From the IMG/VR virus record IMGVR_UViG_3300028048_000091, positions 1 through 64,000 of that record: a DNA stretch of 64,000 bases; one strand, written 5' to 3'. This stretch comes from a virus (taxonomy: Duplodnaviria; Caudoviricetes). Positions 10,100 through 21,220 of this stretch are shown piece after piece. How positions within the stretch are numbered: position 1 is the first letter of the stretch; each line of letters opens with the position of its first letter. Made by a program: the position numbers and the translations under genes. A model generated the notes under the pieces. It was not told the origin of the DNA. It was given only the letters and a program-made list of their open reading frames with translations, and did no database searches.

Positions 10100-10895
10100 A
10101 ACCGGGGTCTGTTTTATTGGTGATATGCACGGAGAATTTAATTCTTTACAAGGTTTGATGAAACGTACAGAATTTACTGATACAACTTTTATAATTACAG
10201 GTGATTGCGGTTTCGGGTTTGAGAAAGAAGAACATTATAAGAATATTTTCAATAAACTGTCAAAGACAGCATCACAATTCAATGATGAATTTGTATTCAT
10301 TAGGGGCAATCATGATTGTCCCCAATACTTTGATGGCAAGAAAATAAACAGAAAATATTTCAAAGCCATACCGGATTATACAGTTATTCAGACACAAGTA
10401 CATAATATTCTTTGTGTAGGAGGCGCCACTTCTATTGATAGGTCAGGACGTATTGCTGCAACAAGGCAGAATGCAATACAATATGCATATTACCATCAAT
10501 GTCCATTAGAGGATGCTGAAAAATTATGCAGACAATGTTATTGGTCTGATGAAGCGCCTGTTTATGATGAGGAAACATTAAATGAATTAAATCAATTGGG
10601 AATAAAGATTGATATTGTTGCTACGCATACATGTCCATCATTTGCCAAACCTTTAAACAAAAACGGAATACAAAGTTGGATAGTGGTAGACCCAAAGCTT
10701 GAAACTGATATTGATGCAGAACGTAAGGTAATGGATGATATATACAATAAGTTGATTGAAGATGGCCATCCGCTTTATAAGTGGTTCTATGGGCATTATC
10801 ATTTTCATAATCAAGAGTATATAGACGGTATACAGTTTGTAATGCTCGATATGTGGAGAAACGGTAATTTTGACATTTATGATTTAAAATTTTAA
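10077..10895 (+). CDS. Calcineurin-like metallophosphoesterase
   Basis: GDMHG, GDCG, RGNHD, THT, GHYH. Confidence 0.9.
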   Translation: MNLIKTNRTGVCFIGDMHGEFNSLQGLMKRTEFTDTTFIITGDCGFGFEKEEHYKNIFNKLSKTASQFNDEFVFIRGNHDCPQYFDGKKINRKYFKAIPDYTVIQTQVHNILCVGGATSIDRSGRIAATRQNAIQYAYYHQCPLEDAEKLCRQCYWSDEAPVYDEETLNELNQLGIKIDIVATHTCPSFAKPLNKNGIQSWIVVDPKLETDIDAERKVMDDIYNKLIEDGHPLYKWFYGHYHFHNQEYIDGIQFVMLDMWRNGNFDIYDLKF

Positions 10896-10900
10896 AGAAT

Positions 10901-11509
10901 ATGGGATTTCGAATTAGTTTATATAGGTGTCCAAAAAAAGACGTGGATGCTATTAGAAACATCACGGATGAAGAATATAAAAATACTAATATATTCGAGA
11001 CTCTTGAGAAAGATAGAATAAAGTACGACACTCTTGCTTGGGTTCTTGATAGAGGTGATGCGGAAAAAGAAAATCTTTGTTCAAAATTGTTTAATAACAA
11101 ATTGGAGATTGAAGATGATATGTCCTTCGATACCATATCCAAGGAACAGTTATTGAATATCATAGAGTATATCAGAAAAAACAACATCTATGATTATTTA
11201 ATGTCTCATACGGTTGACTATGATGAACAAGAAATCGGAAAGGACATAACCGGTAAATATTCTTGGGAGAAACCAACATGGGAAGAAGCAGTTAGAAAGG
11301 TTTGCCTTGATGCAAGATTCGATGCTGAATGTTGGGATAGCCATTGGATTGATGATGATGGCACAAAACATTATATGAATATTGACTTGTCTGATAATAA
11401 GTGGTGGATAAGTGATGGCATGTCTTATAGATATGCAATCTTTAACTTCATACATATATTAAAGTGTTTTGATTGGGAAAATGACTATCTTGTAGCAATA
11501 GGAGGATGA
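10901..11509 (+). CDS. Hypothetical protein
   Basis: 202 aa ORF in operon. Confidence 0.6.
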   Translation: MGFRISLYRCPKKDVDAIRNITDEEYKNTNIFETLEKDRIKYDTLAWVLDRGDAEKENLCSKLFNNKLEIEDDMSFDTISKEQLLNIIEYIRKNNIYDYLMSHTVDYDEQEIGKDITGKYSWEKPTWEEAVRKVCLDARFDAECWDSHWIDDDGTKHYMNIDLSDNKWWISDGMSYRYAIFNFIHILKCFDWENDYLVAIGG

Positions 11510-12171
11510 AAATATATAAAACTAAAAGTGGCGGTTTTTGGTTTGCACAAACAAAGGAAAACGGTTGGTTCTGTTTCAGTTCTACGCCACCTGATATAAA
11601 CACACTGAATTTATGCCCAGGCATGTTCGGTAATCAAGAAGAGCAAACTGCTTGGGATGAAGGTGTTGATATACCAAAGGATGTAGAAATTAACGTTTTT
11701 AATAAATTTGCAAAGAAAAAGTACAACTATACTGATGTTTGTGAATTTATTAAAACATATTATCCAGATACCACACAAGATGAACTTAATAAACAATATG
11801 ATTATTATCCAGAATTAATAAAACTTACTGATGAGATAATCAAGAAAAGTAATAGAAGCATTAATGATTTCTTATATGAGGAAATATATCGGGATGTAAA
11901 ATCTCATATGCGAGAATGGGATTGTGATAAAGAACGAGTTACGAAATTTGTTATTGAATATGAGATACCAAAACATATGTGTTCATATCATGCTATGGTA
12001 GATGTTTTTGGTGATTATCACCCTACGAAACGTTTCCTATTGTATGAATTTTATACAAGAAGGGGAGACCGTTTGGATAATATAATTGATAAAGCCATTG
12101 AATTATATCCCGATAATAAGGATTATGATAAAGCATATTATTTTGTAAAAGATAAACTTCATAAAGAATGA
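11506..12171 (+). CDS. Hypothetical protein
   Basis: 221 aa ORF with 4-bp overlaps to both neighbours. Confidence 0.6.
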   Translation: MKIYKTKSGGFWFAQTKENGWFCFSSTPPDINTLNLCPGMFGNQEEQTAWDEGVDIPKDVEINVFNKFAKKKYNYTDVCEFIKTYYPDTTQDELNKQYDYYPELIKLTDEIIKKSNRSINDFLYEEIYRDVKSHMREWDCDKERVTKFVIEYEIPKHMCSYHAMVDVFGDYHPTKRFLLYEFYTRRGDRLDNIIDKAIELYPDNKDYDKAYYFVKDKLHKE

Positions 12172-12848
12172 GACATTACGATACTATAAACCGTATACAA
12201 GATGACGGTACGTTATTAGGTGAAGAGGTTGCTGCCTATAACAAGTTAGACGGACAAAATATCTGCATAAAGTATTCACCAAGGACAAAGAAATTCGACC
12301 AATTCGGTTCAAGAAAACGTGTCTTTGATGAAACTGATGAACAGTTTGGCAATGCTGTTAAATGGTTCAAGAATTCTTGTTATCCACAATTGCTATCTCA
12401 GATTGTAACCGATAACTCAAAGAAGAAAGGACTATTCACAGGTGTTGATGAAGTAACATTCTATTTTGAATGGTATGGAGAAAATTCATTTGCTGGCGTT
12501 CATGTTGAGGGTGATGAATTAAAACTTGCATTAATTGATGTCTTTATTAAGAAAAAAGGCTATATTGAATTAAAGCCGTTACAGGAACTATTCTATTCTC
12601 ATAAGGAGATTATTCAGCCTGAATTAATATATAGAGGTAAACTGACAAAGGATTTCATCAAATCTATACAAGATAATGATTGGACGCAACCTGTCTGTAA
12701 ATATCCAAATGTAAAAGAAGGAGTTGTATGTAGAAGAACGACACTTATGAAAGGTCAGAGGCTACCAAAAGTTAAATTCAAGACGAAGTGGTGGATGGAA
12801 AAACTTCATGAAAAGTATACACCTGAAGAATGTAGACTATTAGAATAA
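12168..12848 (+). CDS. RNA ligase-like nucleotidyltransferase
   Basis: KLDGQN (motif I), FEWYG, EGVV, KFK. Confidence 0.75.
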   Translation: MRHYDTINRIQDDGTLLGEEVAAYNKLDGQNICIKYSPRTKKFDQFGSRKRVFDETDEQFGNAVKWFKNSCYPQLLSQIVTDNSKKKGLFTGVDEVTFYFEWYGENSFAGVHVEGDELKLALIDVFIKKKGYIELKPLQELFYSHKEIIQPELIYRGKLTKDFIKSIQDNDWTQPVCKYPNVKEGVVCRRTTLMKGQRLPKVKFKTKWWMEKLHEKYTPEECRLLE

Positions 12849-12873
12849 TTTGATAAATATAAAAAAATATAAT

Positions 12874-13590
12874 ATGAAATTAAAACAAATTACATTTACT
12901 GGTATTGATAGATGGACTGATTTATCAGAATTGAAGAAAATACAAAAATATGTTCCGAATATCGAATTTGGAGTGTTACTTTCACGGAATTGGAAAGAAA
13001 ATGGTAATCGTTATTTTGACCCATCTGATTTGCATAAACTACGTGGTTTAGGACTTAATCTTTCTTGTCATTTATGCGGTTATTTGGCGAGGGAGGCTGT
13101 GAATAACAATTGGAAACCGGTTATTGATTTATGTGAAGGTAATTTTGATTTGTTTAAACGATGTCAATTGAATGTATCTAATAATAAATCTAATCCGGAA
13201 AGACTTGAACTTGATATTCCAGAAACATTGGATGAAGTTATTATACAACAACATTCTGTCGATAATATCGAATTATGGAAAAGTGCAATGCCTAACAATA
13301 AAATTACCATATTGCTCGATGCTTCCGGCGGACAAGGGATAGATACTCCTATTGTAGCACTTGATTCATCATTTAAAGTTGGTTATGCCGGTGGCATATC
13401 ATTCGATAATATATCAGATAAGGTAAGTTTCCTTGAGAATAGTCCAATTGTAAGAGATTATTGGGTTGATATGGAAAGCTCGGTTAGGACTGATGATAAA
13501 TTTGATATTAAAAAGGTAATGGCTTGTATTTTTAAACTTTGTTTTGATGATGTGGCGTATTTTGGACAATTTGTATCCTCACCTAAATAA
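12874..13590 (+). CDS. Phosphoribosylanthranilate-isomerase-like TIM-barrel phage protein
   Basis: ITFTGID, HLCG, LLDASGGQG, GYAGGI, WVDMESSVR. Confidence 0.65.
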   Translation: MKLKQITFTGIDRWTDLSELKKIQKYVPNIEFGVLLSRNWKENGNRYFDPSDLHKLRGLGLNLSCHLCGYLAREAVNNNWKPVIDLCEGNFDLFKRCQLNVSNNKSNPERLELDIPETLDEVIIQQHSVDNIELWKSAMPNNKITILLDASGGQGIDTPIVALDSSFKVGYAGGISFDNISDKVSFLENSPIVRDYWVDMESSVRTDDKFDIKKVMACIFKLCFDDVAYFGQFVSSPK

Positions 13591-13712
13591 TGAGGAAATA
13601 TATTATCTGATGTTATTCTTTCAGTATTAACATTAATTAACAAAAAATATTTGGTGGAGTGGAAAAAAAGTATTAAATTTGCATCAAAATTAGAAATTAA
13701 AAGATTAAGAAA

Positions 13713-15509
13713 ATGGGAAAAAATGTATTTACTAAAAGTGATTCGTACAAAAGTGAGTATAGTGCGGCTGTGATACGTGTTGGTGAACTTACTCCAATTG
13801 AGGGTTCAGACTTCCTTATGAAAACTAACGTGTTTGGTACACAGATTGTAGTTAGTAAGGACGTAAAAGAGGGTGACATTATGATTTATGCCGCTAATGA
13901 GACGCAACTTAATGAGAAATTCCTTTCCGTTAATAACCTTTATGAGATTAGTTGCCGTGAGAAGAATGCCAATAAGGAAGAGGTTGATGAAATCTACAAA
14001 CCTTATGAGCCAATTAAGGCAAAGGCTGATACTATCCGTAATGAGGCTAAGAATGTAAAGGCTTCAATGGATAATCTCACCAAGAAGGCCGCTAAGATTA
14101 ACAAGCAGATTAAGAAGATGACAAAAGACCTTGAGTCTCTTGATAGTTCATCTGAAGAGTATGGTATTAAGAAGGCTGAAATTGATACTTTGCAGAAGCA
14201 GGCTGACGATTATACAGCACGTGCAATCGCAAAGACCACAACATATACCAACTTGAAGAAAGAAGTAGAGGATATTGTTAAGTCTGGCGCTGACATTATT
14301 GCAGAGGTTAAGAAACATTGTGGATATATGAACAAGTATGGCCGCGTTCGTTGTCTTACTCTTAGAAATACTCCTTCATTTGGTGTTCTGTTTGCAACTG
14401 AGGACTTGATTAAGTATGACCCGACAATTACGATGGAGGATATTGAGGCATATGTTGGTCAAGAGTTTGATACTGTAAATGGTGATTTGTTCGTTAAGGT
14501 ATATATTCCACCTATGCCGGCAGAATCTCAGAAAAAGAACAATAAGAATAGAGCACAAAAAACAATTAAGAGATTTGACCGCATGATTGATGGTGAATTC
14601 TTCTTCCACTACAGCACAAGTCAGTTCGAAAAGGATATTCAGTATTTCAAGCCGGATGATATTGTAGATATTAGTGTTAAACTACACGGAACAAGTTGTA
14701 TAATTGGTAAACTGCATGTAAATCAGCCAATTAAACTGCCTTTCTGCAAGAGAATGTTTAACAAGTTTGTTGATTTCACACATCTGTTTAAATCACTTAG
14801 AATTACTGATAGTGAGGTTGTATATGGCCCTGTATATTCTTCACGTACTGTCATTAAAAACCGTTACATCAATCAAGGCGTAGGTGGTGGCTACTACAAT
14901 GCTGACGTTTGGACTGAGTATGGCGACATTATCTATCCATATCTTGATGAAGGTATGACCGTCTATGGTGAGATTTGTGGTTATCTTACCGGTCAACCGT
15001 CAATGATACAGAAGGCTTATGATTATGGATGTGCTGAAGGTGAGAATAATATTATGTTCTACCGTATTTCAACTACCAATGAAGACGGTACTAAGAAAGA
15101 GTGGGAAGTATCTGAGGTTCTTGATTGGACTAACAAGTTGATTGAGAAAATGAAGGCAGCAGGTGACAAGAATTGGACACGTATTCATCCAATTGACCTT
15201 CTTTATCACGGTACTCTTGAAGACCTTTATCCCGATTTGGACACTGAGAATCATTGGCATGAGGCTTTGTTGGAACGTATGAAAAACGATAAGGAACACT
15301 TCGGAATGGAGGAACCGGAACCACTCTGTAAGAAATTCCCTGATTCACCGAGAGAGGGTCTTGTTGTACGTAGAGTTGGTGATTCTGTACTTCGTGCCGA
15401 GAAATTAAAGACCGTCGGGTTCCGTTTGAAAGAAGCCATCGTTTATGATTCCGGGGCTGTTGATATTGAGGCTTCTGAGGGATATGGTGATACAGCTGAT
15501 GAAGCATAA
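13713..15509 (+). CDS. RNA ligase (DRB0094/Rnl2-like) with coiled-coil insertion
   Basis: N-terminal PIEGSD OB-like segment, KLHGTS motif I, YGEI, EGLVVR, EKLK; ~100 aa helical insert. Confidence 0.75.
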   Translation: MGKNVFTKSDSYKSEYSAAVIRVGELTPIEGSDFLMKTNVFGTQIVVSKDVKEGDIMIYAANETQLNEKFLSVNNLYEISCREKNANKEEVDEIYKPYEPIKAKADTIRNEAKNVKASMDNLTKKAAKINKQIKKMTKDLESLDSSSEEYGIKKAEIDTLQKQADDYTARAIAKTTTYTNLKKEVEDIVKSGADIIAEVKKHCGYMNKYGRVRCLTLRNTPSFGVLFATEDLIKYDPTITMEDIEAYVGQEFDTVNGDLFVKVYIPPMPAESQKKNNKNRAQKTIKRFDRMIDGEFFFHYSTSQFEKDIQYFKPDDIVDISVKLHGTSCIIGKLHVNQPIKLPFCKRMFNKFVDFTHLFKSLRITDSEVVYGPVYSSRTVIKNRYINQGVGGGYYNADVWTEYGDIIYPYLDEGMTVYGEICGYLTGQPSMIQKAYDYGCAEGENNIMFYRISTTNEDGTKKEWEVSEVLDWTNKLIEKMKAAGDKNWTRIHPIDLLYHGTLEDLYPDLDTENHWHEALLERMKNDKEHFGMEEPEPLCKKFPDSPREGLVVRRVGDSVLRAEKLKTVGFRLKEAIVYDSGAVDIEASEGYGDTADEA

Positions 15510-15528
15510 CGTTTAAAGTTACTTATAG

Positions 15529-15561
15529 AAGATGGGAACTTTATAAAAAATTCCCATCTTT
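15529..15561 (+). terminator. Intrinsic terminator
   Basis: aagatgggaa / ttcccatctt inverted repeat after the ligase gene. Confidence 0.6.
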
Positions 15562-15703
15562 CTTCGTATTATACATAGGAAATAGTATATCTGCAAAAAA
15601 AAATAATTATTAAGGTTAAATATTGTTAATTCCTTGGTTATTTCAAATTTTTGTAGTATCTTTGCAAAAAATAGAAATATATGGAACAATTAGTAAAACA
15701 GAA

Positions 15704-16417
15704 ATGGTAGAAATAGATGAAGCACCGATGAATATTAAAATGACTGACTTAATAGATACTGATAAACTTTTTAATGAGTTAATGGAACATGTAATTACAA
15801 TGTTCTATTACGGTTCAAGGGTATATGGTACGATGACTGATAAATCAGATGTTGACATTGTTGCCATTGTCGATGATGAAATTGATTTGTCCGGTTATGT
15901 TAATGGTATTGCAGAATTTAAAAATGATACCAATGACTATCAGTTTATTAATGAGTCAACGTTCATCAATATGGTTACGGAACATCACATCGTAGCACTT
16001 GAGATGTTTTGGCTTCCTTCTGACCTTATAATCAAGGGTGATGTAAAGAGATATGAGCCTTATTTTAAACTTGATAAGTGGAAGTTAAGACAAGTGGTAT
16101 CCAGTATAGCGAGTAATGCATTTGCAAAGGCACATAAGAAAATGGCCGTTGAAAAGGATTACGACCTATATAGGGGACAGAAATCGTTATTCCATTCAAT
16201 ACGTGTAATGGTTTTCGGCATACAGATTGCCAAATTTGGTAAGATAGTTGATTATCAAGAGGCAAATCAATATTGGACTATGATTTATGCAATGCAAGAC
16301 AGTCCTTGGGAAGTGTATAAAGAGACATTCAAACCAATTATAAATCAAATTAGAAGTGAATTGGTTGTATTATGTCCTAAACCAGATGAATATATTAATA
16401 GTAGATTAAATAAATAG
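15704..16417 (+). CDS. Pol-beta family nucleotidyltransferase
   Basis: YGSRVYGT...SDVD; start moved downstream of the promoter at 15654. Confidence 0.8.
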   Translation: MVEIDEAPMNIKMTDLIDTDKLFNELMEHVITMFYYGSRVYGTMTDKSDVDIVAIVDDEIDLSGYVNGIAEFKNDTNDYQFINESTFINMVTEHHIVALEMFWLPSDLIIKGDVKRYEPYFKLDKWKLRQVVSSIASNAFAKAHKKMAVEKDYDLYRGQKSLFHSIRVMVFGIQIAKFGKIVDYQEANQYWTMIYAMQDSPWEVYKETFKPIINQIRSELVVLCPKPDEYINSRLNK

Positions 16418-16426
16418 GAATTACTT

Positions 16427-16642
16427 ATGAGTGATAAAGTTATTGTTAAGTCATCGGGTGGTGGCATTGGTTTTTTAGGTGCATTAACTATATTGTTTAT
16501 TGCGCTGAAATTGCTTAATCAGATTGATTGGAGTTGGTGGTGGGTATTAGCACCTATTTGGGTACCATTTGCAATCGTGATTATTATTTTATTTGTGTTC
16601 TTAGGTTTAGTAATACTTGGCATGAGGAGGTCTTATTGGTAA
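16427..16642 (+). CDS. Small membrane protein
   Basis: LFIALKL..IDWSWWWVLAPIW, two hydrophobic helices. Confidence 0.7.
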   Translation: MSDKVIVKSSGGGIGFLGALTILFIALKLLNQIDWSWWWVLAPIWVPFAIVIIILFVFLGLVILGMRRSYW

Positions 16643-16643
16643 T

Positions 16644-16898
16644 ATGAGGGATAATTTCGGAAGTATTTTATTTGCATTTATGTCCATCATATGTATTGTA
16701 TTATGGGCAACCATTGGTTTAAAGGCATTTCTTTTAACATTTTCACTATTTTGCCTCTTGATGTGGTTTAATATTACATTTACCACATTGGGTAATGCAT
16801 TTATTGGACGAGATATTGATGTCAATTATGATATCTTTTGGAAATTGTTATTCATAATCCTTGCATCAGCCGGATTTGGTATATACTTTAATATTTGA
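16644..16898 (+). CDS. Small membrane protein
   Basis: Hydrophobic 84 aa ORF. Confidence 0.6.
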   Translation: MRDNFGSILFAFMSIICIVLWATIGLKAFLLTFSLFCLLMWFNITFTTLGNAFIGRDIDVNYDIFWKLLFIILASAGFGIYFNI

Positions 16899-17211
16899 GC
16901 ATTATAAGAAAAATAGTAAAAATGAAAAATAAATTTAAACAAGGGGACACTGTTGTATATGATGGAAGAATATGGACGGTCAATGAATTTGATACTGTCC
17001 GTAAATCATATGAATTGTTTTTGCATGATGACATGACAAAAGATGTTACGTATGCAAAAGAAGAGGAAATTATTCTTCTAAGGGATAACTATGAAGACTT
17101 AAAACACTTCATTCACCGGAAATATGAAGATAAAGATAATCCAGTACGTCTATACGAATCAAGATGCAAATCAAGATGCAAACATTTTATAACTAATTAA
17201 AATTAATTAAT

Positions 17212-18069
17212 ATGGCAAAAGTTTATTTCTACAATGAAGACTGTCTTCAGAACATGAAACGCATGGCAGAGAAGAATTTTAAGATTGACCTTGTATTAAC
17301 CTCACCTCCTTATGCAACATCAAGGAGTACTGTTAAGACCGAAAAGGCAATTGAGACCTATAACAGACGATATGATATCTGTCTTGACAACATGAATGAT
17401 GATGAATATTGCAGTTGGACAATTGATATATTCAATCATTTTGACAAGGTACTCTCTAAGAACGGTGTTGTGCTGTATAATATTTCATACGGTTCTGAAA
17501 ACCCAAGTGTAATGTGGCTTGCAATGAGTGATATTATAAGACAGACAAACTTTATGATTGCTGACTGTATTATTTGGAAGAAGAAAGCGGCGCTCCCCAA
17601 TAATGTGGGAAATAAACTAACTCGTATTACAGAGTTTGTGTTTGTTCTTTGCCGTAAAAATGAATATAAGACATTCAATATCAATAAGAAGGTTAAATCT
17701 GTAAGAGAAGACACTGGTCAGAAATATTATGAGAATACATATAATTTCATTGAAGCCGCAAATAATGATGGCTCAAATAGTCTGAATAAGGCCACCTATT
17801 CAAGTGACTTGTGTCTGCAATTGCTTGATTTGTATGCAACAGAGAATAGTGTTGTCTTTGACCCATTCATGGGAACAGGTACTACAGGTGTTGCTTGTGA
17901 GAAATTCTGCCAAGCAGATACCATGATGTGCATTGGTTGTGAATTGTCAGCAGACCAAGTGAAATTCTCCAAGGATAGACTTGCAGAAGTAAGGGAAAAT
18001 ATTGCCAAAGGAAAAGACAAAGATGTTAAACGAAGAAAAAAGGAAAAGGAAGAATTAGAAAATGGGTAG
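17212..18069 (+). CDS. N4-cytosine/N6-adenine DNA methyltransferase (beta class)
   Basis: TSPPY precedes DPFMGTGTT. Confidence 0.9.
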   Translation: MAKVYFYNEDCLQNMKRMAEKNFKIDLVLTSPPYATSRSTVKTEKAIETYNRRYDICLDNMNDDEYCSWTIDIFNHFDKVLSKNGVVLYNISYGSENPSVMWLAMSDIIRQTNFMIADCIIWKKKAALPNNVGNKLTRITEFVFVLCRKNEYKTFNINKKVKSVREDTGQKYYENTYNFIEAANNDGSNSLNKATYSSDLCLQLLDLYATENSVVFDPFMGTGTTGVACEKFCQADTMMCIGCELSADQVKFSKDRLAEVRENIAKGKDKDVKRRKKEKEELENG

Positions 18070-19012
18070 CCTTAATAGCATATTAAATGATATCAATTCT
18101 GTTTTAATTGAAGGTAAAACGCATAATGATGTTTGCAAAATTATAACAGAAGAACTTGGCATTAACGATAAGGTCGCTGAGGTATCACTTGATATAATGA
18201 AAGAAATATCAAAGGATATCAGCATGCAACCTAAACAATATTTTACAAATATTCCGGGTGCATCTTTTAAAGATGGACTAATAACATATCAAGCATTTGG
18301 TAAAAAAATAACTGTAAAATATCGTTATATTAATTACCGTGATAAGTCATATTTTGACAAATATGATGCAAATATACGTCAAATGCCAAATGATTTCAAC
18401 TATGCTACTAAGACACTTAGGCTAACAATTAAATCAATAAGCGGAAACATAGACATTTATACATTTGCTGATACAATACAGCATGAACTTGAACATTATT
18501 TCCAAGAAACTAAAATAAACCATTCATTAGCAGATAGTAATTGGTATAAAATTGCTTTAAAATGTAAAAATAGACCAAGACAGTCCTTGACTTATATGCT
18601 TGGTGATATTATGTATATTACAACGAAATGTGAGGAAGAAGCATTTACAAATGGTTTATATGCTGCATTGGTATATAATTACAAAAATGACAATATCCCC
18701 ACGTATGAAATACTTGACAATAGCCCGGTTTATAATGCTTTACTAACTTTGCGTAAAGAAAAGGAAATAATATTAAATAATAAGGATGATATATCACTAA
18801 ACAAAACTCTTTCAACAATCAAAAAGGCCACAGGTAAGGATTTTAACTATATTATTTCAAAAGTAGAAAAAGGCGAAAAAGAACTTGTCAGACGAATTGG
18901 ACGAGTTATTGTTAAAGCACAAAAAGATTGCAATATCCCAAATGACATGTGGATTAATAATAGACGTAATACGTATACGAAAAAAACTGTAGAAGAACTG
19001 AATAATGCTTAA
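18062..19012 (+). CDS. HExxH zincin-like protein, paralog 1
   Basis: EELGI, QHELEH, CEEEAF, RIGRVIVKAQKDC. Confidence 0.6.
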   Translation: MGSLNSILNDINSVLIEGKTHNDVCKIITEELGINDKVAEVSLDIMKEISKDISMQPKQYFTNIPGASFKDGLITYQAFGKKITVKYRYINYRDKSYFDKYDANIRQMPNDFNYATKTLRLTIKSISGNIDIYTFADTIQHELEHYFQETKINHSLADSNWYKIALKCKNRPRQSLTYMLGDIMYITTKCEEEAFTNGLYAALVYNYKNDNIPTYEILDNSPVYNALLTLRKEKEIILNNKDDISLNKTLSTIKKATGKDFNYIISKVEKGEKELVRRIGRVIVKAQKDCNIPNDMWINNRRNTYTKKTVEELNNA

Positions 19013-19024
19013 TTAACAAAAATT

Positions 19025-19069
19025 AACGAGATTTTTTTGGAAGTCTCGTTTTTTTATAGTATCTTTGCA
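19025..19069 (+). promoter_or_regulatory. Fused terminator-promoter
   Basis: aacgagatt/aagtctcgtt hairpin plus T tract with the -33 TTTGG in its loop, then tagtatctttgca. Confidence 0.65.
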
Positions 19070-19093
19070 GTTGAATAATAATAAGGATATACA

Positions 19094-19501
19094 ATGTTTG
19101 AAGTAAAGAAGTTTTTTAGTGGAGTATCAAGGATTTGCTCTATCATATGGAAATGCCTTATCCTTGAACTATTCAATGAGGTAGTAGAGCTAATAAGGAA
19201 CAATAAACGTGCCTTTATTGAACTTGTCTGTGTCATTATTGGCCTTGTTTTATTTATCTTTTTTCCATCAATTACCATCAAGGCCTTTTGTTCTTTGGTT
19301 ATACTATTCTTCCTATTATGCCTTTGGCTTTTATGTATAACAGAAGAAGAGAAAACCGATAAGACAGGCTATCCGATAACTGTATTCGAAACTATCAAAC
19401 AATCTAAATATCCATTACTGAGTGCAATCGGATATATATTTCTGAATTTATTTTTTATTGCAATTTATATTTGGATTGAAATTTGGATTTGGTCTAACTA
19501 A
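19094..19501 (+). CDS. Membrane protein
   Basis: Three hydrophobic segments. Confidence 0.6.
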   Translation: MFEVKKFFSGVSRICSIIWKCLILELFNEVVELIRNNKRAFIELVCVIIGLVLFIFFPSITIKAFCSLVILFFLLCLWLLCITEEEKTDKTGYPITVFETIKQSKYPLLSAIGYIFLNLFFIAIYIWIEIWIWSN

Positions 19502-19513
19502 AAATTAATTAAT

Positions 19514-20002
19514 ATGGAATTAAATAAGGAATATAAACATATTATAATCGGAAGTAATTATAAGAATGATTATGATATACTTAAAGGTAAGGTCGTAGAT
19601 AAAATTTCTCTTGCTACTGATAGGGATAATTACGACATGAATGAGTTAATCATTACATTTACAGATAAAACATATGTGGCGTTTGAAATCGATGATGTTT
19701 CAGATGACCATGAATCTGAACGTAGACCCATATTGGAAAATTCGTGGGTTATCCCACCTCAGTGCTATAATACTGGTAATTATGATTGCCACATCAGCGT
19801 TGTTGATGGTGAACTTAGATTTGACCCATTAATTGAAAATAGGATTAAGGTTGGTTTGTGGAATTTGACAATGGATGAAGCGCAAAAAGTCATTGAGGAT
19901 GATAAACACAGACGTGAGGAATACGAATATAAAAACTATCTTCGTCTTAAAGAGAAATTCGAAGGAAGAGAAGATGAGTTCAAAGATTTAGTTAAAAATT
20001 AA
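19514..20002 (+). CDS. Hypothetical protein
   Basis: ORF in operon. Confidence 0.6.
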   Translation: MELNKEYKHIIIGSNYKNDYDILKGKVVDKISLATDRDNYDMNELIITFTDKTYVAFEIDDVSDDHESERRPILENSWVIPPQCYNTGNYDCHISVVDGELRFDPLIENRIKVGLWNLTMDEAQKVIEDDKHRREEYEYKNYLRLKEKFEGREDEFKDLVKN

Positions 20003-20015
20003 TTAAAATATAAAA

Positions 20016-20438
20016 ATGAGAAACTATTCTGAAAATGCCTATTCTGAGGCAATTGCCGGCCTTAAAAAGCATACCGGTGACAGTGCGTGTGTAACTGCAA
20101 TTAATGACATGTTTATCGAGATTGATGATGACGAAATCACTGACATCTTCATACGGGAGAACGGTAAAATGATGACTGATTTCTGCCGTTTTTTCAAGGG
20201 TATAGAAGATGTACCAACCAAGTATTGGCATCCGTTATTTGACCATTATCAGATGAATATCGCTCGTAATCCATATTGTCGAACAAAGAACAAGATTGCA
20301 GAGAATATCATTGGTGATTATAAGCATGATACCGTATATCTTAGTCTTATCTCACATCTTGATTGTGCCGCCCATTCAATTGTCAATCAACTGAAGAGAA
20401 ATCTTGGTATGTTTGAACGTTTCAATAAACTCGCTTAA
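20016..20438 (+). CDS. Hypothetical protein
   Basis: ORF in operon. Confidence 0.6.
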   Translation: MRNYSENAYSEAIAGLKKHTGDSACVTAINDMFIEIDDDEITDIFIRENGKMMTDFCRFFKGIEDVPTKYWHPLFDHYQMNIARNPYCRTKNKIAENIIGDYKHDTVYLSLISHLDCAAHSIVNQLKRNLGMFERFNKLA

Positions 20439-20752
20439 AAAATACTTATTAGCAAATGCTAGTATCAGCCAAAAAACGCATAGCACAGAAACCATATGAG
20501 TGTGCTCTTTCACGTAAGCCTATTAATAAGGGTGATGAATACTATTCAGTATTTCAGAAGTTCCCTGAAGGTCCGTTATTTTTAAAAGTATCAAAAGATG
20601 CTTGGGATTTTGTCATGTCAATGTGGGATGCTATGTCCAATACTATGGAAGAAGACGGTATTGACGCTGAAATGTATGATTATCTCTACCATACAGTAAG
20701 AGGAAAAGAATTAATCACATTTGCTAACGGAGATACAATTGTTGTATAATAT

Positions 20753-21130
20753 ATGTCTAAAGAAGAGTTAAAAGAAAAGGTCAATAGACTTCGTAAGGAA
20801 GCCAATGCCATTGAGGACAAATATATTGCAGATGGTAAGACATGGGACGATTTTTGCAAAAACTCAACTGTAATGGAATATTGGAAAACTGTTGCTGAAT
20901 ACAGATTAGTACAGGACTATACTCTTAAACCAATTGGAGATAGAAATAGAGGTTCACATATGACTTTGGATGAGTTTAAAGCATATGCTGGCAGTTTCTT
21001 CTCTGACTATGATGGTAGTGGCTATTATGCAACTGAAACAGAAATCTCAAATATACCCTGTGTACCGTCTGAGATATGTGATGGCTATATTAGGCGAGAT
21101 TTTACACATGTTATGTGGTATAATAAGTAA
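20753..21130 (+). CDS. Hypothetical protein
   Basis: ORF with DYDGSGYYA motif. Confidence 0.6.
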   Translation: MSKEELKEKVNRLRKEANAIEDKYIADGKTWDDFCKNSTVMEYWKTVAEYRLVQDYTLKPIGDRNRGSHMTLDEFKAYAGSFFSDYDGSGYYATETEISNIPCVPSEICDGYIRRDFTHVMWYNK

Positions 21131-21220
21131 TTTTAGTATTTTTTAACTAAAAATATTTTGACATATCAGAAATAATTTGTATCTTTGCACTTGAAAAAAT
21201 AAAACAAAATAAAAACTATT

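Noticed and set aside
15623-15703. Extended starts given for ORFs 15623, 24211, 30209 and 62416
   Set aside because: These extensions overlap the promoter boxes; downstream ATGs are more plausible
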